From: Prevotella sp. | Lineage (GTDB): Bacteria; Bacteroidota; Bacteroidia; Bacteroidales; Dysgonomonadaceae | Assembly (NCBI GenBank): GCA_031285625.1 | Contig: JAITVV010000050.1 | Location: 1 to 45,304, forward strand | Direction: 5' to 3' | Length of the DNA: 45,304 nucleotides | Shown here: positions 1-9,035 of the stretch, in pieces | Numbering within the stretch: position 1 is the stretch's first letter | Layout: the number at the start of each line of letters is the position of its first letter | The notes under the pieces: model-generated | Database searches by the model: none | Told to the model about the DNA's origin: nothing | Seen by the model: the letters and a program-made list of their open reading frames with translations, nothing else | Translations under genes and position numbers: made by a program

Positions 1-191
1 CCGTAAAGATGTTTATTGTACCTTTTTACGGTACGACAAATATCTTGTACAATATTAATAATCAGCAAAATACAAAGCAATGATTATACACTTTGAAAAT
101 AGAACGTGTCACTTTTGTCACCTTTGTCACTTTTTTAGAATGAAGTCGGTTGAGGAAAGTATATTCTATATATTTATTGATGCTTTTTCCC

Positions 192-199
192 TACCTTTG
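192..199 (+). promoter_or_regulatory. Bacteroidota sigma-A -7 promoter box (TACCTTTG)
   Basis: Exact TAnnTTTG match ~27 nt upstream of the ABC-F ATG. Confidence 0.65.
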
Positions 200-226
200 C
201 ACCTTCAAAAATAAAAACGAATATAG

Positions 227-1843
227 ATGCTGATTGTTGACAGCCTAAAAGTAGAGTTAGGTGACAGGATATTATTTGATAATATCAGTTATATAATAAA
301 TGATAAAGATAAAATTGCACTTGTAGGTAAGAATGGGGCAGGGAAGAGTACCATGCTCAAGATTCTGGCAGGTGTAAATTCCAATTTTAGAGGAACCGTT
401 ACCGGGCCTGATGGTGTAACTGTGGGTTACCTGCCTCAGGTAATGAAGGTTACGGATGGACGTACGGTAAGAGAAGAGGCTTCTCTGGCTTTTTCTCATA
501 TTTTCGACCTGCAGGCTAAGATTGAAGATATGAACAAACAATTGGAGACCCGTACCGATTATGAATCGGATGATTATGCTAAATTGATTGATGACTTTTC
601 ACATGCTCATGAGCGTTTGGCTATGGTTGAGGGTATTAATTTTGAAGGAGAGGTAGAGAAAACATTGCTTGGCCTTGGATTTAAACGTACAGACCTTGAG
701 CGTCCTACTAGTGAGTTTAGTGGAGGGTGGCGTATGCGTGTTGAATTGGCTAAGCTGCTATTGAGAAATCCTGATGTTATGTTACTAGATGAGCCTACCA
801 ACCATCTTGATATAGAATCTATTGGCTGGCTCGAAGATTTTATTAATACGCAGGCTAAAGCTGTTGTACTTATCTCTCACGACAGGGCGTTTATTGATGC
901 AGTTACTACACGTACCATTGAATTGACTATGGGGCGTATTTATGATTATAAAGTGAATTACTCTAAATATGTGGAGTTGCGTCAGGAGCGACGTCAGCAG
1001 CAGATACATGCATGGGAAGCACAACAAAAGCAAATAGCCGAGATAGAGGAATTTATAGAACGGTTCAGAGCACAGGCAGCTAAGGCTGTGTTGGTACAGA
1101 GCCGTATACGCCAGTTAGAGAAAATGGAGCGTGTAGAGATAGACGAAGAAGATAAGTCTCAGGTGCGTATTCGTTTTCAGCAGGCAATCCGTCCGGGTAA
1201 TTATCCTCTTACAGTGGATATGGTTACAAAAAAATATGATGATTATCTCGTATTTGAGAATGCAAACCTGATGATTGAGCGCGGGGAGAAAATCGCTTTG
1301 GCCGGAAAGAATGGTGAAGGAAAATCAACCTTCGTGAAATGTATAATGGGTGAAACACCATATGAGGGAAGTATGATGCTTGGGCATAATGTGCAGGTTG
1401 GATATTTTGCTCAAAATCAAGCTGATCTGTTAGATGAAGATCTGACTGTGTTCGAGACTATCGACCGGGTAGCCGAAGGTGATATACGTACTCAGATACG
1501 TAATATTCTGGGAGCATTTATGTTTAATAGGGATGATTCGGAAAAGAAGGTGAAAGTACTGTCAGGGGGGGAGAGAACGCGTCTGGCTATGATAAAACTT
1601 CTGTTAGAACCGGTGAATCTGCTTATTCTTGATGAGCCGACCAATCATCTTGACCTGAAAACAAAGGAAGTACTGAAAAATGCGCTACTGGATTACGATG
1701 GTACAGTAATTCTTGTATCACATGATCGTGATTTTCTGGATGGACTGGTGACAAAGGTATATGAGTTTTCAGATAAAAAAGTGAGGGAGCATATTGGAGG
1801 TATTAAAGATTTCTTGGCAAAGAAGAGAGCTTTATCTTCGTAA
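227..1843 (+). CDS. ABC-F family ATP-binding protein (ribosome-associated, Uup/YheS-like)
   Basis: Two ABC cassettes (GKNGAGKS / FSGGW / LLDEPTNHLD and GKNGEGKS / LSGGE / ILDEPTNHLD) joined by a linker; no transmembrane segments. Confidence 0.93.
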   Translation: MLIVDSLKVELGDRILFDNISYIINDKDKIALVGKNGAGKSTMLKILAGVNSNFRGTVTGPDGVTVGYLPQVMKVTDGRTVREEASLAFSHIFDLQAKIEDMNKQLETRTDYESDDYAKLIDDFSHAHERLAMVEGINFEGEVEKTLLGLGFKRTDLERPTSEFSGGWRMRVELAKLLLRNPDVMLLDEPTNHLDIESIGWLEDFINTQAKAVVLISHDRAFIDAVTTRTIELTMGRIYDYKVNYSKYVELRQERRQQQIHAWEAQQKQIAEIEEFIERFRAQAAKAVLVQSRIRQLEKMERVEIDEEDKSQVRIRFQQAIRPGNYPLTVDMVTKKYDDYLVFENANLMIERGEKIALAGKNGEGKSTFVKCIMGETPYEGSMMLGHNVQVGYFAQNQADLLDEDLTVFETIDRVAEGDIRTQIRNILGAFMFNRDDSEKKVKVLSGGERTRLAMIKLLLEPVNLLILDEPTNHLDLKTKEVLKNALLDYDGTVILVSHDRDFLDGLVTKVYEFSDKKVREHIGGIKDFLAKKRALSS

Positions 1844-1920
1844 GGGGGCTGTAAGTTTATGTTTTTTATTATATTTGCATTTACTGTCAAATTTTATCAC
1901 AACTGCAAAAATTAACAAAC

Positions 1921-2403
1921 ATGAAAAAATTACTATTCTCTTTAGTCGCAGTAGCACTTATTCTGGTGTCTTGTGGAGGCTCATCACCAACAGCTTTCAA
2001 TAATGGTATTGTTCAGGCTCATACAAATCTGTCTCAGATTGGCTCTTCTTATATTAATACATTATCATCAGCTGTCAGTTCGGGTACATACGATGCTATT
2101 GCTGCGCAAACTGATAGTGCATTAGTTAAAATAGATGCAGAATTAACTGCTGTAAAAGCACTCGAAGTACCTAAAGGCGGCGATGCTTATAAAGCAGCAG
2201 CAGTGAAAGCATGTGAGAGCCTTAGAGCATTCATCGAATCAGGTAAGAGTTTCTCTGCATTAACAAAGGAATCTTCTGTGGATGAATATAACAAGGTTTC
2301 AGCTGAGTATGAGGCTAAAATGAAAGTATATACTGAAGATATTGAGGCCTTGACTGATGCTCAGGAAGCATACGCCACAGAGGCTGGATACAAGGTACAG
2401 TAA
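1921..2403 (+). CDS. Hypothetical lipoprotein, predicted all-helical
   Basis: MKK, hydrophobic stretch and lipobox LVS-C; Ala-rich helical sequence; TATATTTG box at 1870-1877. Confidence 0.8.
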   Translation: MKKLLFSLVAVALILVSCGGSSPTAFNNGIVQAHTNLSQIGSSYINTLSSAVSSGTYDAIAAQTDSALVKIDAELTAVKALEVPKGGDAYKAAAVKACESLRAFIESGKSFSALTKESSVDEYNKVSAEYEAKMKVYTEDIEALTDAQEAYATEAGYKVQ

Positions 2404-2418
2404 TTTTATACCATATAT

Positions 2419-2454
2419 AAAAAACAGGCTTGGAAATTTCCTAAGCCTGTTTTT
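2419..2454. terminator. Bidirectional intrinsic terminator
   Basis: AAAAACAGGCTT...AAGCCTGTTTTT hairpin between convergent genes. Confidence 0.85.
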
Positions 2455-2463
2455 ATTTTATAA

Positions 2464-3783
2464 TTAGTTTTCCAATACTTGTATTTTAATCACCTCATTA
2501 GTAGATGATTCTGTCTTAAATCGTTCGTCTGAACGTTCACCTATTATCCATACAATATCATTTCCGGAGCATAATAACCATGCTTCTTCTTTATCAAATA
2601 TACTGTATTTCTTGTCAGTGAAATAATCACTTACTTTTTTCTTTCCTTTCATACCAAATGGAATAAACCAGTCGCCCTGTTTCCATCTTCTTATTATAAG
2701 TGGATAGCTGATTTTACTCTTATCTATATAAAGGATATTCTTATTTTTCTCGATTGAGAAATTCTCATCTATTATAATAGTTTTTATTGTCATAGAAACA
2801 GGATATGCTATTGTAGAATCATCTTGACGGATTGTGAAGCTGTCAACAGATAAGTTCTCTTTTTTCTTTAGTATAAAGTAATCCCTGTCCCTGATTAGCT
2901 TATGAGTTTCTGAGTAGAATATCTTACCCGGCTGACTAATAAGTGACTCAAATATTTGCCTTACCGTTGCCGAATTAAATTTATAGGGAGCTAACAGTTC
3001 ATATAATATTGCTTCAGGTTCGATATATCGTATCAGTGATTTAATATCTATAGCATCATCTTTGAATATATCATTTCTTACTTGCGCCATATAGAAATTA
3101 TATATGGTTTCCACTTGCCTTAAGTGCTCTGCAGTGCGATTAATAGACTCTTTGACTGATGGGTTGATTGTTTCCAGCAAAGGAATAATGTTTAATCTGA
3201 TTTTATTTCGAGTGTACAAATCCTCACTGTTTGTACTGTCGTCTACATAACTCAGTTTTCGCTCTTTCAGGTAGTCCAATATCTCATTTCTACCAAGACA
3301 GAGTAGAGGACGCACGATATATTCGTTTTGTGCATTAATGCCCGTTAGACCTCGTATTCCTGTTCCTCGTATAAGATTGAGTAAGATCGTTTCAATTGAG
3401 TCATCTCTATGGTGAGCTACAGCAATTCTATCGGCCAGATGTATCACTCTTATCTGTTCAAACCAATTATACCTTAACTCACGGGCAGCCATTTCTATCG
3501 AGATGGATTTTAGTTCTGCATAGGCTTCGGTATCAAAATCTATTCGTTCATATTTCAGATTATATTTGATGCATAATTCTTCCACAAAGAAAGCATCCCT
3601 GTTGGATTCTTCTCCCCGGAGATGGAAATTACAATGTGCAACTACGCATTCATATTTCAAACTATGCAAGATGTCGAGCAGTGCTACCGAATCGGCTCCA
3701 CCACTCACCCCTACGATTACTTTACTGTAGTCTTCCAGTAATTGATTTTCTGCTATATATTGTACAACTTGCGATATACTCAT
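2464..3783 (-). CDS. tilS: tRNA(Ile)-lysidine synthetase
   Basis: PP-loop SGGADS, AARELRY, AHHRDD, RPLL, DSTN and a C-terminal TilS domain. Start placed at ATG 3783 because the track's 3795 start lies inside the promoter box. Confidence 0.95.
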   Translation of the reverse strand: MSISQVVQYIAENQLLEDYSKVIVGVSGGADSVALLDILHSLKYECVVAHCNFHLRGEESNRDAFFVEELCIKYNLKYERIDFDTEAYAELKSISIEMAARELRYNWFEQIRVIHLADRIAVAHHRDDSIETILLNLIRGTGIRGLTGINAQNEYIVRPLLCLGRNEILDYLKERKLSYVDDSTNSEDLYTRNKIRLNIIPLLETINPSVKESINRTAEHLRQVETIYNFYMAQVRNDIFKDDAIDIKSLIRYIEPEAILYELLAPYKFNSATVRQIFESLISQPGKIFYSETHKLIRDRDYFILKKKENLSVDSFTIRQDDSTIAYPVSMTIKTIIIDENFSIEKNKNILYIDKSKISYPLIIRRWKQGDWFIPFGMKGKKKVSDYFTDKKYSIFDKEEAWLLCSGNDIVWIIGERSDERFKTESSTNEVIKIQVLEN

Positions 3784-3843
3784 GATTAGACACAAAAATA
3801 ATATATCTTTGTCTATATCAGTAAAAAATCAAATAATTGTTTA

Positions 3844-4521
3844 ATGGCAGACAATATAAAGGAATTACTTAAGTGTGACTTGTTCTCTTTCATTAATGAA
3901 GGAGAAATAATTGATATTTTAGATAGACTGAATGTAAAAGAAACTAAATTCCTGAAGGGAGATATTCTTGCCATGCAGGATGAGCCTTGTAATAGGCTTA
4001 TTATATTAACATCGGGTAGTGTTAAAGCTGAAATGACCGATCCTTCAGGTAAGGTTGTGAAAGTTGAGGATATTTCGGCACCTAGTCCTTTAGCAATACT
4101 TTTTTTATTTGGAGTTAACAATCGTTTTCCGGTACAGGCTACTGCCCGTGAGGATGTAACAGCTCTTGTTATACCTAAAAGTTCTGTATTGAAGATGCTT
4201 CAAATGAATGAGCATATCCTGGAGAATTATCTTAATATTTCGGCTATATATGCATCTAAATTATCAAAGAAACTTCATTTCATGTCTTTCAGGACTATTC
4301 GTCAGAAGATAGCATTGTATTTATTAGATTTGATGAAAGAAGGGGATTTTCTGGTTGAAATGGATCGTACTCAAAATTCTTTAGCTGAATTTTTCGGCGT
4401 TTCGCGTCCGTCTTTAGCACGTGAAATGTATAATATGCAGGAAGACGGATTAATTGAGGTAAACCGGAAACACATCCGTATTCTGGATAAGCATAAATTA
4501 ATTCAGCTTGTGAAATTTTAG
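3844..4521 (+). CDS. Crp/Fnr family transcriptional regulator
   Basis: N-terminal cNMP-binding-like domain; C-terminal HTH 'TQNSLAEFFGVSRPSLAR'. Confidence 0.9.
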   Translation: MADNIKELLKCDLFSFINEGEIIDILDRLNVKETKFLKGDILAMQDEPCNRLIILTSGSVKAEMTDPSGKVVKVEDISAPSPLAILFLFGVNNRFPVQATAREDVTALVIPKSSVLKMLQMNEHILENYLNISAIYASKLSKKLHFMSFRTIRQKIALYLLDLMKEGDFLVEMDRTQNSLAEFFGVSRPSLAREMYNMQEDGLIEVNRKHIRILDKHKLIQLVKF

Positions 4522-4522
4522 A

Positions 4523-5749
4523 TTATAGCTTGAGATAGGAAAAATAATGCTTTTGTACCTTCTTTGCCAGTAACTGAATATTGAGCATATCGGAAGCTTC
4601 TGATATATCTTTGATAGAGCCATCATTATACAAAATGTCTATACTATCGTCGGCTTCATTATACATATTTGTGTAGATAACGTCGGATGAGTAGAAATAA
4701 GATGCTTCATGCTCGCTTATATTAAATTCGGTCATATATCTGTTCATATATTTCTGAATATATGAAGGTGACAAAGGTTCATTTGTTATTTCAATTTTGA
4801 ACAGATTTCTATTTACCAGGCAGGTACTCAGTTTTGATAATACAATATCTTCATGATCTGCCCATACTTTTAGTGCACACCATATATCATTATCATCTAG
4901 TTTTGCGAAATTTTCTAAAACGATATCTTTGTCTGATTCAAGCAAGGCTTTATTTACATTATTTTCTAAGAAGTAGCGTAAAGCAGGAGATGCAAATAGC
5001 TTTACCTCTTTATTTGATAATTCTTTTGCCCGATCCAAGGCTTTTATTAACATCTTTTCTGCTGCTACGGCCGTTTTGTGGAGATATACTTGCCAATACA
5101 TCAGCCGACGGGATGTAAGAAAATTCTCAATAGAGTAAATTCCCTTTGCTTCTACAACTAACTTATCATCTTTAAGATCAAGCATTTTTATTATACGGGC
5201 AGATCCTATATTACCCTCTGTTACACCTGAGAAAAAACTATCCCGTCTTAAGTAATCCAGACGGTCTACATCCAATTGTCCACTGACAAGCTGATGAAGA
5301 AACTTTTTAGGATATTGGTTCTTGAATATAGAGATACAAATATCTAATTCTCCATCTAGTTCTTTATTTAAATGATTCATGAATGCTAAAGAAAACTCTT
5401 CGTGATGTATTCCATTTGTCAGGGTGTGTTCCAAGGCATGGGAAAAGGGACCGTGTCCTACATCATGTAGTAGAATACAGGCTAATGCTCCTGTGGCTTC
5501 TTCGTTTGTGATTTCATGTCCTTTGGCCCTCAGATTGTTAATAGCCTCGTCCATCAGATACATTGCACCAATGGAATGATGTAGGCGGGTATGTTGTGCA
5601 CCGGGATAGACAAAAAAGGCTAAGCCCATTTGCTTAATACGATTTAAACGCTGTAATATAGGGTGTTGTATCAGGTTGTATAGAAAATTATTAGGTATAG
5701 TGATGAATCCGAATACGGGATCGTTAATAATTTTTTTTCTTATTGTCAT
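4523..5749 (-). CDS. HD-domain phosphohydrolase (dNTP triphosphohydrolase-like)
   Basis: DPVFG, RLNRIKQ, HTRLHHS, LLHDVGHGPFSH, DVDRLDYLRRD and VYLHKT motifs; start placed at MTIRKK. Confidence 0.9.
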   Translation of the reverse strand: MTIRKKIINDPVFGFITIPNNFLYNLIQHPILQRLNRIKQMGLAFFVYPGAQHTRLHHSIGAMYLMDEAINNLRAKGHEITNEEATGALACILLHDVGHGPFSHALEHTLTNGIHHEEFSLAFMNHLNKELDGELDICISIFKNQYPKKFLHQLVSGQLDVDRLDYLRRDSFFSGVTEGNIGSARIIKMLDLKDDKLVVEAKGIYSIENFLTSRRLMYWQVYLHKTAVAAEKMLIKALDRAKELSNKEVKLFASPALRYFLENNVNKALLESDKDIVLENFAKLDDNDIWCALKVWADHEDIVLSKLSTCLVNRNLFKIEITNEPLSPSYIQKYMNRYMTEFNISEHEASYFYSSDVIYTNMYNEADDSIDILYNDGSIKDISEASDMLNIQLLAKKVQKHYFSYLKL

Positions 5750-6057
5750 ATTATAAATATTTAGATTCAAAGATACATACATTTCTCATCTTATAAATAT
5801 GGATTAAGGGGGATTTGATAGGTATTATATATGTGCTATCACTTTTTTTTATTAAATTAATGTGCTTATTTACAATAAATGCTATATATTTGAACTCCGA
5901 TGACAAAAGAATTGCAACGTGAAAAAAATTATTATCAGAATTAAGTATTTTCTAGGACTTATAAAGACTGATAGAAACGCTGTCATAAAAGATTATTTAG
6001 AAAAAATGGCATAATTTCCAAACGAGTCAAAATCTTTATTAATTTTGACTCAAAAAA

Positions 6058-6888
6058 ATGGAAATTTTAGAAACGTTTCTCATGCCTAGTGCTTGGATCG
6101 CACTATTGACTTTATCATTTCTGGAAATTGTTTTGGGCATAGACAATATAGTCTTTTTGTCCATTGTTTCAGCGAAGTTACCTGCTAAGGAACAGCCAAA
6201 GGCTCGCTCTATAGGGCTTATTTTGGCTATGCTTTTTCGGATAGCATTGCTATTCTGTATATCATGGTTAATGAAGCTTACTCAGCCAATATTAAGTTTT
6301 GATACAGAGTGGTTAGATGGTTCTATATCCGGACAGAGTATCATAATCCTTGTCGGGGGGCTTTTCTTACTTTATAAAAGTGTTACAGAAATACATCATA
6401 AGCTTGAAGGTGAAAGTGATGCTGTACATGGCAAATCAAAGACCAGTTTTATGGGTGTTATAGTACAAATAGTGGCACTTGATATTGTATTTTCATTTGA
6501 TAGTGTGCTAACAGCTGTAGGATTGGTAAGCTTCAGTGAGTTTGGTTATGTGGGAGCAATGACAATTATGGTAACTGCAGTCGTGATAGCTGTTATGATC
6601 ATGCTATTATTTTCAGGTCCGGTCAGTAAATTTGTTAATGAACATCCAACTATTCAGATGCTAGGCCTCTCGTTTCTGATCTTAATCGGAGTTATGCTAA
6701 TTGTTGAAGCAGCACATCTTTCCCATCTTTCTGTTTTTGGCTCTGTAGTAGGAGAAATACCTAAAGGATATATTTATTTTGCTATAGCTTTTTCTTTGCT
6801 GGTTGAGTTCCTTAATATGAAATTAAGAAAGAAATCAACTCCGGTAAAACTAAAAGACTCGGAATTAGTGGAAGAGGAAAAAGAATAG
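6058..6888 (+). CDS. TerC family integral membrane protein
   Basis: LEIVLGIDNIVF and DIVFSFDSV motifs; multiple transmembrane helices. Confidence 0.92.
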   Translation: MEILETFLMPSAWIALLTLSFLEIVLGIDNIVFLSIVSAKLPAKEQPKARSIGLILAMLFRIALLFCISWLMKLTQPILSFDTEWLDGSISGQSIIILVGGLFLLYKSVTEIHHKLEGESDAVHGKSKTSFMGVIVQIVALDIVFSFDSVLTAVGLVSFSEFGYVGAMTIMVTAVVIAVMIMLLFSGPVSKFVNEHPTIQMLGLSFLILIGVMLIVEAAHLSHLSVFGSVVGEIPKGYIYFAIAFSLLVEFLNMKLRKKSTPVKLKDSELVEEEKE

Positions 6889-6913
6889 GATAATATAATT
6901 ATCAAGATAAACG

Positions 6914-6942
6914 AAAATCCCATTTTATAATGGGATTTTTTT
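6914..6942 (+). terminator. Intrinsic terminator
   Basis: AAAATCCCATT-TTAT-AATGGGATTTTTTT after the TerC gene. Confidence 0.8.
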
Positions 6943-7008
6943 ATTTTAACCATCTGCCTGTGATTTTAGTTGTTATAGGACTTATCTTTGTAATGCAATA
7001 AAAAAAAC

Positions 7009-7851
7009 ATGGAACACGTAAAAAAGCCTGATTGGTTAAAAATAAGGTTAGGAGGAAATGATAGTTTTTCTCAAACACAGAATATAGTAGAATCTCATGG
7101 TTTACATACTATTTGTACGAGTGGAAGATGTCCCAATATGGGGGAATGCTGGGGACGTGGTACGGCTACGTTTATGATAGGGGGAGATATATGTACCCGG
7201 TCATGTAAGTTTTGTAATACCAAGACAGGTAAGCCATTACCACTAAATCCGAAAGAACCCGCTAATGTGGCCGAGTCTATCCGTCTCATGAAATTGAAAC
7301 ATGCAGTTATTACGTCTGTAGACAGGGATGATTTGCCTGATCAGGGAGCTCAACATTGGGTAGAAACGATTCACAAAATACGGGAAATAAATCCTACTAC
7401 AACTATAGAAGTACTTATACCTGATTTTCAAGGTAAAATGGAGCTGGTCGATCTGGTATGTGAGGCTATGCCCAATGTGATCTCTCATAATATGGAGACA
7501 GTTAGGCGACTAACCCCACAAGTACGTAGCGCTGCAAAATATGATATTAGTTTATCGGTGTTGAAACGTGTTGCAGGGAATGGTCTAAAAGCCAAATCAG
7601 GAATAATGCTGGGATTAGGAGAAACTGATGAAGAAATATTGCAACTGATGGACGATTTGTTATCGGTTAACTGTGGTGTGCTTACAATAGGTCAATATTT
7701 ACAGCCTAGTCGGAAACACCTTCCGGTATCTGCTTATATTCATCCAGATGAATTCAGAAAATTAAAACAAATAGCATTGGATAAAGGCTTTAGCTATGTG
7801 GAAAGCGGACCATTGGTGCGGTCATCCTATCATGCTGAAAACTGTTTGTAG
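7009..7851 (+). CDS. lipA: Lipoyl synthase
   Basis: CX4CX5C (CTSGRCPNMGEC), radical-SAM CTRSCKFC, C-terminal RSSYHA; TATCTTTG box at 6983-6990. Confidence 0.97.
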   Translation: MEHVKKPDWLKIRLGGNDSFSQTQNIVESHGLHTICTSGRCPNMGECWGRGTATFMIGGDICTRSCKFCNTKTGKPLPLNPKEPANVAESIRLMKLKHAVITSVDRDDLPDQGAQHWVETIHKIREINPTTTIEVLIPDFQGKMELVDLVCEAMPNVISHNMETVRRLTPQVRSAAKYDISLSVLKRVAGNGLKAKSGIMLGLGETDEEILQLMDDLLSVNCGVLTIGQYLQPSRKHLPVSAYIHPDEFRKLKQIALDKGFSYVESGPLVRSSYHAENCL

Positions 7852-7859
7852 TAGCCGTA

Positions 7860-9035
7860 TTATACTTTTTTGCAGATGATTAGTACTTTCTGATCATTGG
7901 CTAAGGTAGTTGCAAATATATATATATTACCACCTTCTTTTATTTTCGTTTTTTGTCTTATTTCCTGAGTAGATAGGGGAAAATTACGGGGAGTTATATT
8001 TGCTTGTTTCATATCAGATAGATATTGCTTAATATCTTTTTTGTTTAGAGTGCAGACTTGTTGAACAATAAATTCTCGTCCCTGAAAGCTTGGAAGCAAG
8101 CTGTCAGAAGTATATAAGTGGCTGCTTGAATGTAATTTTTCAAGGTTGTTTGCCTTTGCAAAATATTTATATGCACCGGCTTTCATAATAGAAGGATTGG
8201 GTTCATACAAATACTTTCCAACCTGAGATGTGTAACATATAGAGGCCTGTTCTTCCTGATCTTTGGAGAAAGTGAAGCGATCAATCCGGTCTTTTAGTAT
8301 ATTGATGCAGTGAAATATTGTACTTGTATTACCTTCATCTTTGATAAGAAGCAACTCTTTACATTCATTATTCACACTAATAACATGTACTTCAGATATA
8401 TTCCTCATCGACTTTACTGCCAATGATATATCAAGCATTGGAGATAACTTTATCATTGTTTTTTCTGCCTTTTCTTCCAACAACTCTTCAATTTCTAGAA
8501 TATCAGGGGTACAATCTTCAATACGAACTGTTTTTCTACCGCTTGTATCCCGTCGTGCTGGATCTATATAGATGAGGTCTACTGGAGGCATTTCCTTTAA
8601 ATACTTAATTGCATCCGAGTTAACAATGGTGGTGTTTTTTAAGTTTAAACTCTGAAAGTTTGATACAGCTATTCTACATAATTCTTCTTGTTGTTCAATA
8701 TATGCAGCTTTGTTGAATCTGGATGAGAGAAAGGAAAAATCGATACCAAAACCTCCTGTCAGATCGACCATTGAATTGCCTTCCACCAGACTGGACTTAT
8801 ATGAAGCTGTCTGTTCCGAAGAACATTGTTCCAGTGAAATATGCCTAGGGTATATTATTGAATCGTTTTCATACCAACTTGGTACTTTTTCTTTTATTAT
8901 CTTTCTCCCTGCAATTTGTTGTACAGCCATCTGCATATCTATATCAGGATATTTTTTTGTATGTAGGGCTAAAGAATGAATATCATCATTCTCATGTTCT
9001 TTAATAAAGTCTTTAAGTAGAGGAGAAAGAATCAT
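7860..9035 (-). CDS. SAM-dependent methyltransferase with C-terminal THUMP-like domain
   Basis: LEQCSSE, DLTGGFGID, IDPARRD, KLSPMLD and YEPNPS motifs; ATGA overlap with the tamB stop. Confidence 0.85.
   Translation of the reverse strand: MILSPLLKDFIKEHENDDIHSLALHTKKYPDIDMQMAVQQIAGRKIIKEKVPSWYENDSIIYPRHISLEQCSSEQTASYKSSLVEGNSMVDLTGGFGIDFSFLSSRFNKAAYIEQQEELCRIAVSNFQSLNLKNTTIVNSDAIKYLKEMPPVDLIYIDPARRDTSGRKTVRIEDCTPDILEIEELLEEKAEKTMIKLSPMLDISLAVKSMRNISEVHVISVNNECKELLLIKDEGNTSTIFHCINILKDRIDRFTFSKDQEEQASICYTSQVGKYLYEPNPSIMKAGAYKYFAKANNLEKLHSSSHLYTSDSLLPSFQGREFIVQQVCTLNKKDIKQYLSDMKQANITPRNFPLSTQEIRQKTKIKEGGNIYIFATTLANDQKVLIICKKV

Noticed and set aside
5790-6057. yybP-ykoY (Mn2+) riboswitch upstream of TerC
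   Set aside because: Expected from family knowledge, but I see no matching conserved sequence in this very AT-rich leader.
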